From the NCBI RefSeq assembly GCF_009914755.1, contig NC_060928.1: DNA of 64,000 nucleotides. One strand, written 5' to 3'. The stretch's first letter is position 1; the number at the start of each line of letters is the position of its first letter. The notes beneath the pieces were generated by a model that worked only from the letters and a program-made list of their open reading frames with translations, was not told the DNA's origin and searched no databases. Source of the stretch: the human T2T-CHM13v2.0 reference genome, Homo sapiens. Positions 46,865 to 58,039 of this stretch are shown here, piece by piece. The position numbers were made by a program, and so were the translations under genes.

Positions 46865-47008
46865 CTTTCCATAGGGAATCCAGTAATTTCTTTCTGTCAT
46901 CCTCCCCCCTCTTCTCCAAGCCACCTACTAATCTAAGGCATTCTTGAACAAGAACCTTATGTGTTTTTTCATGCATGGTAGTATATTGGATAAATAAATG
47001 AAATGCAT
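46865..47008 (-). pseudogene. Exon remnant, 144 nt
   Basis: tttccacttcatattccccAG| ... AAG|GTAATT; stop-free in phase 1: AFHLFIQYTTMHEKTHKVLVQECLRLVGGLEKRG... Confidence 0.7.
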
Positions 47009-47965
47009 CTGGGGAATATGAAGTGGAAATTGAAGTGACTTATTAGGCAGCTGCATAGAATAGACAGAAAAGAAGTGGCAGGAAAATCTACCATGAAGAT
47101 GCCTACGGTCATGCATACCATTTCCACTAGATAACTAGAGACAATGTAAAATAAAGCTCTGGGGAAGAATATAGAGCTTTAAGTTCTCAACTCTAGACAC
47201 TAATAGAAGCAAAAAATGCTAAAAACATAGATGCACAGATAAAATTGATACTAAAAACCATAGAATCTGAGACTGTGATCAATGGTCAGAACTAAAGCTG
47301 GGTGTATGAATGATTAAAACAAAAATGCTAGTAATATTATGGAAAAGTCACTGATTAACAGGGGTTTGGGGCCACAAATCTTCTGTGTTTTACTTCGTTT
47401 CTTAGTCCTAAAATTTATGAGGAAGGTAGTATAACATGAAGTTTATGAAATATGGAGCTGACAACTATGGGTTTAAATCTTAGCTTAGCCCTCTTCTATC
47501 TGGATGAATGAGTCTGTTTCCTAATCTAAAACTAAATGGGAATAATAATATGGACTGCATAAAGGTATTTTTGCCAGGATTCAATTATATTAATTTATGC
47601 AGTAGCATTATTTGAAACTAATATAGTTATGGTACTCACTTTATCACTTATTAGCTGTCTAGCATATGGAAAATATTTACTGTCTCTAAACCTCAATGTA
47701 TTCTTCTGAGAGATGGGCAAGATAATAACAGTATTTTGAGAAATTCATGATAGCTAAATATTTTACTTAAGAAAGAGAGGAAAGGCATTATGATATAGGA
47801 GACCATTAGCAAAATTAAGAGAAAGAGTATTCTAGATTTTCCAGCAAATGTAAAGCTAGCCTACGAGAATCCAGAAAATAAAAATAATGATAATTCGAGA
47901 AACACAGCATAGACTGTACTTGAATGGACTGGTATGCATCATCAGGCAGACTCCCTTTTGAAAAC

Positions 47966-48056
47966 CTGCAGTTGACTTGGTAAACACTGCCATCCGATTA
48001 CGCTTTCTAATTGCATAATCTTTCCAATCAAAGCATTTCCAAGGTGTGCCCACTTT
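47966..48056 (-). pseudogene. Exon remnant, 91 nt, stop-free
   Basis: tttttacttaaattgttAG| ... CAG|GTTTTC (weak donor); phase 0 to 1, KVGTPWKCFDWKDYAIRKRNRMAVFTKSTA. Confidence 0.6.
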
Positions 48057-48869
48057 CTAACAATTTAAGTAAAAATGTAGTTTGTATTAAAATCTTTTAA
48101 AATGAGACATCAACTCACACTTCTAGGCTTAGTTCCCATTTCTAAACCACCTCAAACTCCAAGCTATGTAGCCAGCAACAGAAACAAATGCTTGAGAAAT
48201 TCAAGCTTTTGTACGTATGCTGATAGATACCTTGCTTCAGTTAACAAAATGCTCCCATCTCCTCACTCATTCTCCAAATACTGAGGTCAATCGAGTGCCA
48301 AGTATGCAATAGGCAGTAGGAGAGATACTGCAGATATAAGAGTAAAGTGCTAATAAATATTTGCTGAATTTAATGACATCTTCAGCTCTAAAGATAATGT
48401 GCTTTAGTTATGCATTAAAAACAAGAGTAGTGAGATTTGAGTTTCATTTAAGCACATGTACTTGTTTTAAATGTACAGATGTATATTATTTAGAATTCCC
48501 CAAAGGGTCTTTGATGCTGTAACTTCTCTCTAGCAACAGTTGTTTTCTACTTTGAAAAGAAATAATATTTTATTTTTATTTTATTTTTTTAATATTTTAA
48601 AATTAATATATAAGGTGACAGTAAAATGTCTACACTATTTCTACACTGGCTTTCATTTTTAAAAAAAACAAGAGATAATTATTTGTTTTTTGAAATACAC
48701 TCCTCCAGAAAAGAACATAAGATAAACCTAGTACAAACAATGCTGTGTATAGAGACTAGAGTGCAGGTAAATTCAGTGAAACTTTGCTTTGCAACAGATA
48801 AGACAATCTTTTTGACTTAATGTAACTTTTTCATACATATTTTGTAATAAATCAAGTATACAAAATTAC

Positions 48870-48949
48870 CTTGATTTTTGCCAACAGGTTTAATCAATGT
48901 TTCTTTGCAATGTAATATATTTCATCTCTCCATTTAAATTTTTCTAAGT
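48870..48949 (-). pseudogene. Exon remnant, 80 nt
   Basis: ttttgtgttAG| ... AAG|GTAATT; phase 1 to 0, LEKFKWRDEIYYIAKKH*LNLLAKIK. Confidence 0.7.
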
Positions 48950-49312
48950 CTAACACAAAACTCCCATATTATTAATAAAATGAGAAGTGCCTTAATATAC
49001 TTTCATTTTTCCCTAAATTGTCTCACTGGAAGCTATCTATCTTTTGCCTAACGTGGAATTTATAAATTTTTACACATAACAAAATGTAAGCAAGAAAATT
49101 TGTGTAAAAAAATACAACGAATACACTACAAAGTATCAAAAAATCTAGAAAAATGGGGTATTATGTTTGTGTTTTCTTAGATTAACAATTGAACCCATTG
49201 CTTCAAACTTAGAGATACTTCACCTTAAATAAGTGTCTAGAGTTTGAACAAAAACCATATTGAGCATATCACTGAAAATGTAACAAATATACATTAAAAA
49301 ATAAGTTTATGC

Positions 49313-49588
49313 CGCCTGTAATCCCAGCACTTTGGGAGGCTGAGGCAGGCAGATCACTTGAGGTCAGAAGTTCCAGACCAGCCTGGCCAACATGGTGAAA
49401 CTCCGTCTCTACTAAAAATACAAAAATTAGCCCAGCATGGTGGCATGTGCCTGTAATCCTGGCTACTCAGGAGGCTGAGGCACGAGAATCATTTGAACCC
49501 AGGAGGCAGAGGCTGTAGTGAGCTGAGATCACGCCACTGCACTCCAGCCTGGGTGACTCCAAAAAAAAAAGAAAACAAAAAAAAAAAC
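49313..49588 (+). mobile_element. Alu (S-type, slightly 5'-truncated)
   Basis: TSD agtttatgc. Confidence 0.93.
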
Positions 49589-49730
49589 AGTTTATGCAAT
49601 GTTTCCCAACATTGGACACTTTTTCTTGCTTTAGAGAGGTATAATTGACAAATGAAAGTTGTATATATCCTGAAGATTACTTTTAAATTCTTGAGTTATA
49701 ATTGTTGATTTTTCTCCACATCTCCTTTAC

Positions 49731-49903
49731 CTGAGCCCCAGAGAGCACTGTCACCATAAACAGCAACAGAGTGAGTGAGTAGCTATGAATACTAGACTTC
49801 TTTGAAAGATGACCTATTTCAATATGACATGCAAATGTGTAACACCATGGTCTGTGTCTCTCTTCACTCCTGGTAATAAATAAGCAACAATTTCAAATGT
49901 TAT
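49731..49903 (-). pseudogene. Exon remnant, 173 nt
   Basis: tgcttttgttttgccAG| ... CAG|GTAAAG; contains (GAGT)3 at 49769-49780, a likely 4-nt slippage frameshift. Confidence 0.7.
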
Positions 49904-50438
49904 CTGGCAAAACAAAAGCATGCTGCTTTTCAAAATATGCAAATATTTAGCAATGATGTTTAAAAATATTATATTAAATAAATGGAAAAATCAATATTTT
50001 CATCATTACTAAAAATATTTATCATTTTTAAATTATTGTTAAAAAGTATACTTACATTTTACACATTATTATTTTAAAATTGTACTTTTCCATTATATGG
50101 TAAGTAAATGAAAACTACAAAAATTTTATTTTCATTTTATGAAAAGTACATATTTTCACCTCGGAGATCATAGTTATTAAAATATTTATATTTAATTAAA
50201 AGTTTCAATGAGAACTTATTTAAATGGAGTAATTGGATGACTAAATAGGATTCCAATTCGTATAATTGAATTTATTGACTTTACTTATCAATAACTGGAA
50301 ACTATAAGTAGTAACTATATAAAATCAATCAATGATCTGGTGATAAAATTAAAGAATTTAGTTTAGTATTCTGATTCTTTTGTCTATAAGGAATCAACTG
50401 TATCATTTCTTTTTTGTCACAGAAGCTTTGGCTCTTAC

Positions 50439-51219
50439 CATAAAGTTACAATCTACTTGGCTGTATTGGTGACTGTGAGGCACTGAGCCCATTCACATGT
50501 ATAGCACTTAAGACATTTTTCAAAATATTCATAACATAGGCAGGTTTCTAAGTTCTAAAAAATTCAGTCTCCAAAAAGCAGAAGACATGGCAAGAGAAAA
50601 CATGTAACATCTCTTGTCTCTTTGCCCCATAAGAAACAGTAATACACGACTGGCCCTTTTAATAAATGGCCTCTATACTTCTGCTGATCTAGCAATGGGC
50701 TCAGGATGAAGACTGCCACAGTGCTCTGTCAGGTGCTGTCTGTTTCCTTTACACTCTCCCTACCGGCAATCTACTTAGATCTCTATCTCTGTACCTAGAA
50801 ACTTGAAACTGCCTCTTCCAAGTTTGGTGAAACCATCTCTTTATTTACAAATAACTGCAGAACAAAAGAGCGACAGAAATATTTCTAAAAAGCACTTCTA
50901 TCTACATCAATAATGGGAATAACTAGGAGAGAAAATAGGAAGCAGTGGTGCTTTAATTTCAAAATACAAAGAAGGAGAGAAAGGAATTTTTTTCTTTCAG
51001 AAGACATCTAGAGATGCCCATTGCCAAAAAGCAACCCATCAGAGTGTGTTTCCTGGACATTAGTTCCTCAGGATACTTTGTAGAAAAAGGAGTTCTACAG
51101 TTGAGTCACTCAGGAAAACAGTGCCTACAAAATACTCCCACTCTTCTGTCATACAATGCATATAAAAGCCAAAATCCTGCTTTAAATACAGCAGTATTTC
51201 AAACGCTCATCTAGCTAAC
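50439..51219 (-). pseudogene. Large exon remnant, ~781 nt, multiple lesions
   Basis: atgtcAG| phase 2 LAR*AFEILLYLKQDFGFYMHCMTEEWEYFVGTVFLSDSTVELLFLQSILRN*... to KPAYVMNILKNVLSAIHVNGLSASQSPIQ; donor ATG|GTAAGA. May be more than one exon. Confidence 0.55.
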
Positions 51220-51254
51220 CTGACATTTTGAAAACTCATTTGACTATGGGGCTT

Positions 51255-51621
51255 ATTATGGACTCTGCTTGTGTCCCTCCAAAATTCATATATTGTATTC
51301 CTGTCCTTCAAAGTGATGGTGTTAGGAGGTAGGGCCTTCAGACGGTAATTAGATTTAGATTATGAGGGTGGGAGCCCCCATTATGGGATTAGTGCCTTTA
51401 TAAGATGAGGAAGAGACGCTAGAGCTTCCCCTCTCCACTATTTGAGGAAAAAGGAAGAAGGTAGCAGTCTACAAGCCAAGGAAGAGGACCCTCATCAGAA
51501 CTCGACCATGCAGCACCTTGATCTTGAAACTCCTGACTCTGAAATTTGAAAAACAAACATCTGTTATTTAAGCCACCCAGTCTATGGTGTTTTGATATAG
51601 CAGCCTGAGTAGACTAAGACT
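51255..51621 (+). mobile_element. MLT1A-type LTR
   Basis: tgtgtccctccaaaattcatat ... aagccacccagtctatgg...gactaagac; TSD gggct. Confidence 0.85.
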
Positions 51622-52173
51622 GGGCTTTTTTTCCCCACATAATGCCTATTACATAGTAACAGAGAACATACTTCGGCAATATTAACATAGGCTTCCAAAA
51701 GGCTTTACATAGGACAGAAGCATAAATGTGTGCACTTTGAAAATTCATCACTCTGGCTATATTCTTAAAGAATTCTGGAAGGAAATCCTACAAGTTGTGG
51801 AGGTAGAATATACTAATGGAATAGATGATGGAGCAAGACGCATCAAAGACATTTCCAGGCTTTTTGGGTTGAACACCTAGGTAGGTGGCAATTGTCATTG
51901 ACTAAGACAGGGAGAACTAGAGGAGGAAAGAGTTATAGGGGAAGATCAAGGTACAGTTCTAAGCAATAATAATAGTATTACACGCTATGTATACATATAT
52001 CTTAATCAACAATGCCAAACCTGTCTCATCATTTTACTTACCTTGGAATATTTTTTAATATAATGTTCTGGGACCAATACACATATTTTTTCATGAGAAC
52101 TAACGTGGGGCCAGATAATTTATATTTCTCCAGAGCTTCTAAATTATTTCTGATGAGGAAAAAACCAGGCTTA

Positions 52174-52295
52174 CCTCGCCTGATCTGGACTTAGTAAGTG
52201 CTTAATTAATATTGATTGAAAGGACCCTGTAATCCTCGCCTGATCTGGACTTAGTAAGTGCTTAATTAATATTGATTGAAAGGACCCTGTAATCC
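52174..52295. repeat. Perfect 60-bp tandem duplication
   Basis: 52174-52233 identical to 52234-52293; cc microhomology. Confidence 0.97.
52175..52286 (-). pseudogene. Exon remnant (52 nt ancestral, 112 nt after 60-bp tandem duplication)
   Basis: ctaaccctgtcttcctttggattacAG| ... GAG|GTAAGC; phase 1 to 2, SFQSILIKHLLSPDQA present twice in frame. Confidence 0.7.
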
Positions 52296-52671
52296 AAAGG
52301 AAGACAGGGTTAGAACCTTGCATTTTAAGAACTGGGAAGTAGGAAAACTATAGAGAGAGGAGGAAAGCCCACACAGACAGGATGCCTGAGATCTAATAGC
52401 TAATAAAACAATAGTTGAGCAGATCTTCATTTGCTTCCTCTGTAAAATAACCCCAAATGACCCTTCTGAGTCCAAAATTATATGTTTTCAAGATATTGCA
52501 TGGGGACTGTTTGTGATGGGTAATTTTGGAGGGCTATGACCTCTTATTTTATCAGTGCAGTCAGTACATTAAGGGGTAATTAGTGTTTAGTATAGGAGGA
52601 ATATAGTTGAGGATGCATAACCGCTCAGATGTATTCTATCTGACATCAATTTATAGAGTTCAAAATACTAC

Positions 52672-52906
52672 CCATGCAAGAGATATTTTAATTGTTCTCA
52701 CTACCATAATGTTCCAAATGTTCCACCATGTTTGCCAAAACAATTTGTATGACAAGGGTCTCTAACTTCTAGGAGAGAAGCAATTTACTTCAAGATTTTG
52801 CTGGATCCATGGTGAAAGCCACTTATACTACTTGGATGCCTCTTCAGTAAATTCAAGATCCAAGATGCCTTTGATCATCAAGTTGCTGTGAATAGTTCAA
52901 AGGAAA
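52672..52906 (-). pseudogene. Exon remnant, 235 nt, frameshifted
   Basis: tcttctcttcctccAG| phase 2 FL*TIHSNLMIKGILDLEFTEEASK*YKWLSPWIQQNLE..., shifts to ETLVIQIVLANMVEHLEHYGSENN*NISCM; TGG|GTAGTA phase 1. Confidence 0.65.
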
Positions 52907-53235
52907 CTGGAGGAAGAGAAGATTCCCTCAGTCCTAAGGGCACTCTATCTACAATAAAGGCCAAGAAAGGGAATATTGAAGTTGAGTCAGGCCAAGGTGG
53001 AGGTTCACATTGTCACCATAGCCCTGGCTCAAGCAGGAATTATCTTTCAAGTTGTATTCATTTATTCAACATATTTTGTGAACTTACTCTATCAAAGATA
53101 CTAGGTTAAATGTCTCTAAAATCTCCTGTCTTTAAGTATACCAACACCCTATCCTCTAAAAATATGTAGACTTTCAAAACAGAACAACAAAAACAAACTA
53201 CTGAGCCAGGAGGATATGGTAAGAATAGTACTCAC

Positions 53236-53327
53236 CACTCCATTTTGAATTTTGTGTTCAAAGCAATGCTTTTATTTTTCTTCTTAATTTGCTTTGGGTA
53301 AGCTATGCCTAAGTTCTTTCTCATCTC
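53236..53327 (-). pseudogene. Exon remnant, 92 nt, stop-free
   Basis: ttttcatcctgcAG| ... TG|GTGAGT; phase 0 to 2, EMRKNLGIAYPKQIKKKNKSIALNTKFKME. Confidence 0.7.
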
Positions 53328-53416
53328 CTGCAGGATGAAAATGTTTACAGCAATGTACCCAGTCACTACAAAACAATTTAGCTGTCTCATGGAATTCATT
53401 AAAATGTGACTTTTAC

Positions 53417-53649
53417 CTGCTCTTGATTATTTCAAGACCCTCCCCTACTTTCCAAATCTTTTCTTTTCTTTTCTTTTTTTTGCCAATAGTCAGATGAATT
53501 CAACATGAAGCGCCTGCTACGCAGCTGTGTCTTGATTTACGCATAACTATATATCTCATTTGGTTCCTTCTGCTTAAATTATTTGTTCTTACCTATGATA
53601 TCAGCACAGACCCTATTCCAGACCTTTTTTCTCCTCTACCAATACATTC
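53417..53649 (-). pseudogene. Exon remnant, 233 nt
   Basis: atgttAG| ... CAG|GTAAAA; phase 1 to 0, MYW*RRKKVWNRVCADIIGKNK*FKQKEPNEIYSYA*IKTQLRSRRFMLNSSDYWQK... Confidence 0.55.
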
Positions 53650-53819
53650 CTAACATTTATAGTATTAGAATTTGTCACACTTCCAAATTGGATTACCCAC
53701 TCCTAATTATTTAAAAATACTCTGTACTTTGAAACATGACATTTTACTAAATTATGAGCCTTACAAAACCAATGCTAACTAGGAAAACATCAGATATTAA
53801 AATATATATTTTTCAATAC

Positions 53820-54040
53820 TGGATTATGATCTTCTGGGAAACAAATTTATAAGGATCATCTGGCTGCAAAATGTGATTTTAGGTTTGGAACACTGGAGGC
53901 ATTTAGCATATTTTTGGTATATGCACTATGAAAATTAACATGGAGAGAGTTCTCAGGACCTCAGATCATCCCAAATGTCAGAAAATCAATCAGAGCTCTA
54001 CGGTGTTGGAAAAGCTAGTCTAAAATTACCTATATTGCTC
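53820..54040 (-). pseudogene. Exon remnant, ~221 nt
   Basis: cacttttattatcAG|; AI*VILD*LFQHRRALIDFLTFGMI*GPENSLHVNFHSAYTKNMLN..., frameshift, then QPDDPYKFVSQKII; donor weak. Confidence 0.5.
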
Positions 54041-54278
54041 CTGATAATAAAAGTGACACTGTGGCAAAAATTATTTCAAAATAGTATTTATTCATTATTA
54101 CACACCACTACTAATTACTAAAAGTTCACTGTAGCTCTTCAACTCCTAGAATTTTACAAATCACTGTTGTAACTATATCCGTTTCTGAGCTATCTCTTCC
54201 ATATTGTGTTACAGTTTACAGGTGTTATTCTTTTCTTATTAATGTATTCAAAACATCTTTAAATACCTTATAAAGTAG

Positions 54279-54610
<332 letters not shown>

Positions 54611-55063
54611 CCACTAGGTTAACTTTAACATTGTTATACCTAAAAGAAACAAAACGCTTCTGGCCATCTTAAAACTATAAAAATAAATGGGAAAAAAGGT
54701 GTTTTCAAGTACCAGCAGTGGGGGCGAGGGTGCTTTCTGGGGATCAAGAGTAAAAGCAGTCAGTAATAAGAGGAATCAAATAATAATTCTAGTACAAACG
54801 TTCTTAGGAGACAGAGCCATGATAAATTTTATAAGACTAACTTAAAAGGTTACTATTTTCATCTATTTTCTGTCACTGTTTTCTGTAAATAAAAATAACA
54901 TTGTTACTGTTGATCAAAATCCAATTTGGTGAAACAGTCACTGAAAATCCAAAGTGGATACCACCTATAACTTTGTTAAAGAAAGGAAGCTAGTGCAAGT
55001 ATATTAAAAGCCATACAAATTTCTAGCAACTTTAACAAAAACTAATTGTTCAAAAAAACGGAC

Positions 55064-55148
55064 AGAAGGAAGGGAGGAAAGAAAGAAGGAAGGAAGGAAG
55101 AAAGGAAGAAAGGAAGAAAAGAAGGAAGGAAAAAAGTAAGGAAGGAAA
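55064..55148. repeat. (GAAG)n purine-rich simple repeat
   Basis: Seen directly. Confidence 0.85.
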
Positions 55149-55187
55149 CAACTAGTTATTGAATCTTTCTGTAACACACAACCATAC

Positions 55188-55357
55188 TCATTTTGATTCA
55201 TCCACAAACGCCAAGTTCATATTTGACCTTCTGCAGTGATAAACACCTCTAAACTTTAGGTTTCTTTGATATAAAATCGTCAAAATAGCAAAAAAAAATC
55301 TTATTTATAAATTGTGTATAACTGATCAATATTTTAATATAGCACATCAAGAAATCT
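55188..55357 (-). pseudogene. Exon remnant, 170 nt
   Basis: Very strong tract ttttctttttattatttttccacattctAG| ... A|GTATGG; phase 2 to 1 links to the next exon. Confidence 0.6.
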
Positions 55358-55444
55358 CTAGAATGTGGAAAAATAATAAAAAGAAAACAATTTTGTCTTT
55401 TTATCAGAAAGAAAGATTTATCTACTTTTGCAACATATTTATAA

Positions 55445-55769
<325 letters not shown>

Positions 55770-56134
55770 CCAAAATATTTTTTAAAGCCAAATACTTTAT
55801 GGAATTATTGTTCTGTGGTCTATTCTTGATACTATAAAATGCACCTTTGTGTTTCAGTTTACATGTAATAAACATTCAGTTCCTAATCCAAACATGAAAT
55901 ATGTCATCTGAGAACGTGTGTTTTGACAAGTTGAGCCTTTTTTAAAATTAATGTAGAGTTAATCAAACAGTACATGGCATTTACTAAATGGGAAAATCAG
56001 AAATTCTGCCTATGGATAATATAAACTTTATGCTGAAAATATAATAGTATATAATCTAAAGTAAGCTTTTATATATCACACACAACTACACATTATTATT
56101 GATATTCTAAAACAGAGTTTCCCAGATTATATAC

Positions 56135-56254
56135 CATTGTGGAAGTGGTTTCCCAGTTTTTCCCTTCCAACTATTGGCAGGCGTTGCCTTAGACAGTCAC
56201 TGTCTTTTTAAGGTACTTCATGACCTTTGAAAATTTGACTACTGAACTCATAAA
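56135..56254 (-). pseudogene. Exon remnant, 120 nt
   Basis: tttatatAG| ... ATG|GTATAT; length divisible by 3; 1-2 stops depending on frame. Confidence 0.4.
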
Positions 56255-56375
56255 CTATATAAACTATCCCAAACAAATGGAGAGTAAAGAGTTATCTTCA
56301 ACTTGTTATATCTAAGAAAACTATCAATACCCAAATAATTCAGCCAATCAATGCCCACTTTTGTATACTACATAC

Positions 56376-56474
56376 TTTCAGATTTCTTAGGACCTAGATT
56401 TCTGTAGTTTGGCCCCAAGTTATTGATATTTTACCAAGTACATGCAGAAAATAGCAACCAGTATGATGACTTTT
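56376..56474 (-). pseudogene. Exon remnant, 99 nt
   Basis: ctaattttcttatAG| ... AAA|GTATGT; KSHHTGCYFLHVLGKISITWGQTTEI*VLRNLK. Confidence 0.55.
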
Positions 56475-56752
56475 CTATAAGAAAATTAGTATATTACATA
56501 AATATCAAGTAGAAAAGTTTAAATTCCCCAGAGAGTTTTAAGAAAAAAAAATTAATATCCTAAAGTTAGAAGAATTATTCACATTAATAAAACTCAAACT
56601 GTTTAAAACACCCTTTATTGTGACAGAAGAAAGCAATTCCACACTGACCAGGGACATCGCTAACAGAAACATTTAATTACTAGCCCAATTCTTCCCATTT
56701 TTAAACTATTCCTCCGAAGTCCACCTCTTTACAAGTTTTAATATGTTTATGT

Positions 56753-56792
56753 TACTCTCATCCTCTCATCTATACTCTCATCCTCTCATCTA
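56753..56792. repeat. 20-bp perfect tandem duplication
   Basis: tactctcatcctctcatcta x2. Confidence 0.9.
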
Positions 56793-56876
56793 CAACAGTG
56801 CCAGGGAGATAGTAGCAACTCAACAAATATTTGCTGAAGGAAAACAATGAATACAGTAAACAAAATTATCACATAC

Positions 56877-57014
56877 AGACTGTTCTTCAAATGTTGAGAA
56901 GAGGTACTATTTTTGTCACAAAGACCTAGATTTGAGGCAAGAATTTTATAGTCTTGGAAGCTACTCTGTATGACATTGGCATTGTCCCTAAGGATGCCTC
57001 TCCTAATATCCAAC
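56877..57014 (-). pseudogene. Exon remnant, 138 nt, stop-free
   Basis: atcctttcccacAG| ... CT|GTATGT; LDIRRGILRDNANVIQSSFQDYKILASNLGLCDKNSTSSQHLKNS (part of ORF 56786-57130). Confidence 0.6.
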
Positions 57015-57550
57015 CTGTGGGAAAGGATCACAGGATCAGGCATGATGCACCCTGCCACTTCCACTGTATGAGACAAGGTTATGGGAATTTTTCCAGGCCT
57101 CTGAGTCTTGTCAGATCTCGAAGAGAGCATCCATCCTCACCTGTAGGCTAAACCCCATCTTATTTAGTAATAACCATCATTTATTAAGTGGTAACTTTGA
57201 ACCAAGGACTGCTATAGTATATTATATCCAGATATAGTGATTATTACCTCATGCAACAGAAAAGAAGCTGGCCTTAGAGTTCTGAATAACATTTTCCAAA
57301 GTCACAATATTACTATCAAATAGTGGAACGAAGTTTCAAACTCAAGTCTGGTTATCCTGCTTATTCCATGCTGCATCTTATTTATTTTCTAATTATAAGT
57401 GCGAAAGGGAAAAACACTTTTGGCTTCCAAAATATAGCACATATAGAAATGTGTAAAGTCACAGTATCGAAAGACCAAAAAATGAAAAGGAATTTTGAGT
57501 TATATTAATTATCACATATTATAACTATACATGCATACACATACAAACAT

Positions 57551-57960
57551 TATCATGGACGGTTTTACAGGCTAGCCAGGCTTGGCTAGGCTATAGTTCC
57601 CAGTTATTCAATAAACATTAAGCATTGTTATAAAGGTATTTAGGACATGTGATTAAAGTCTGTAATCAGTTGATTCTTAAGCAAGGAGATTATCCTAGAG
57701 AATCTGCATGGGCCTGATTCAGTCAGCTGTAAGCCCTTAAGAGCAGGGCTGCGGCCTCTCTAACGAGGAAGAAATTCTGGTGTGGATTGATGCGTCAGCC
57801 TGAACCTGATAATTCAGCCTTCCCTTTCTGATGGCCTGCCCTAAGGATTTTGGACTTGGCTACCAACCCTCACAATCATGCAAACCAATTCCTTGCAAAA
57901 GCTCACTTAGTATTTCCCTCCTACCTGTTCTGTTTCTCTGGTTGAAGCCAGACTGATACG
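57551..57960 (+). mobile_element. MLT2-type LTR
   Basis: ttggctaggctatagttcccagttatt ... ctgtttctctggttgaagccagactgatac. Confidence 0.75.
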
Positions 57961-58039
57961 TGAATCTCCTCCAGTAACTATTAGCAGCTGTGATTCTTAA
58001 TATTGCCTTAGTAATAATTTACTTTAAATGCCATAGACA

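Noticed and set aside
53585-53649. Alternative 57-nt exon ending at TAG|GTAAGA near 53592
   Set aside because: The longer 233-nt reading gives a continuous frame and a phase match to the next exon; kept only as a possible cryptic donor.
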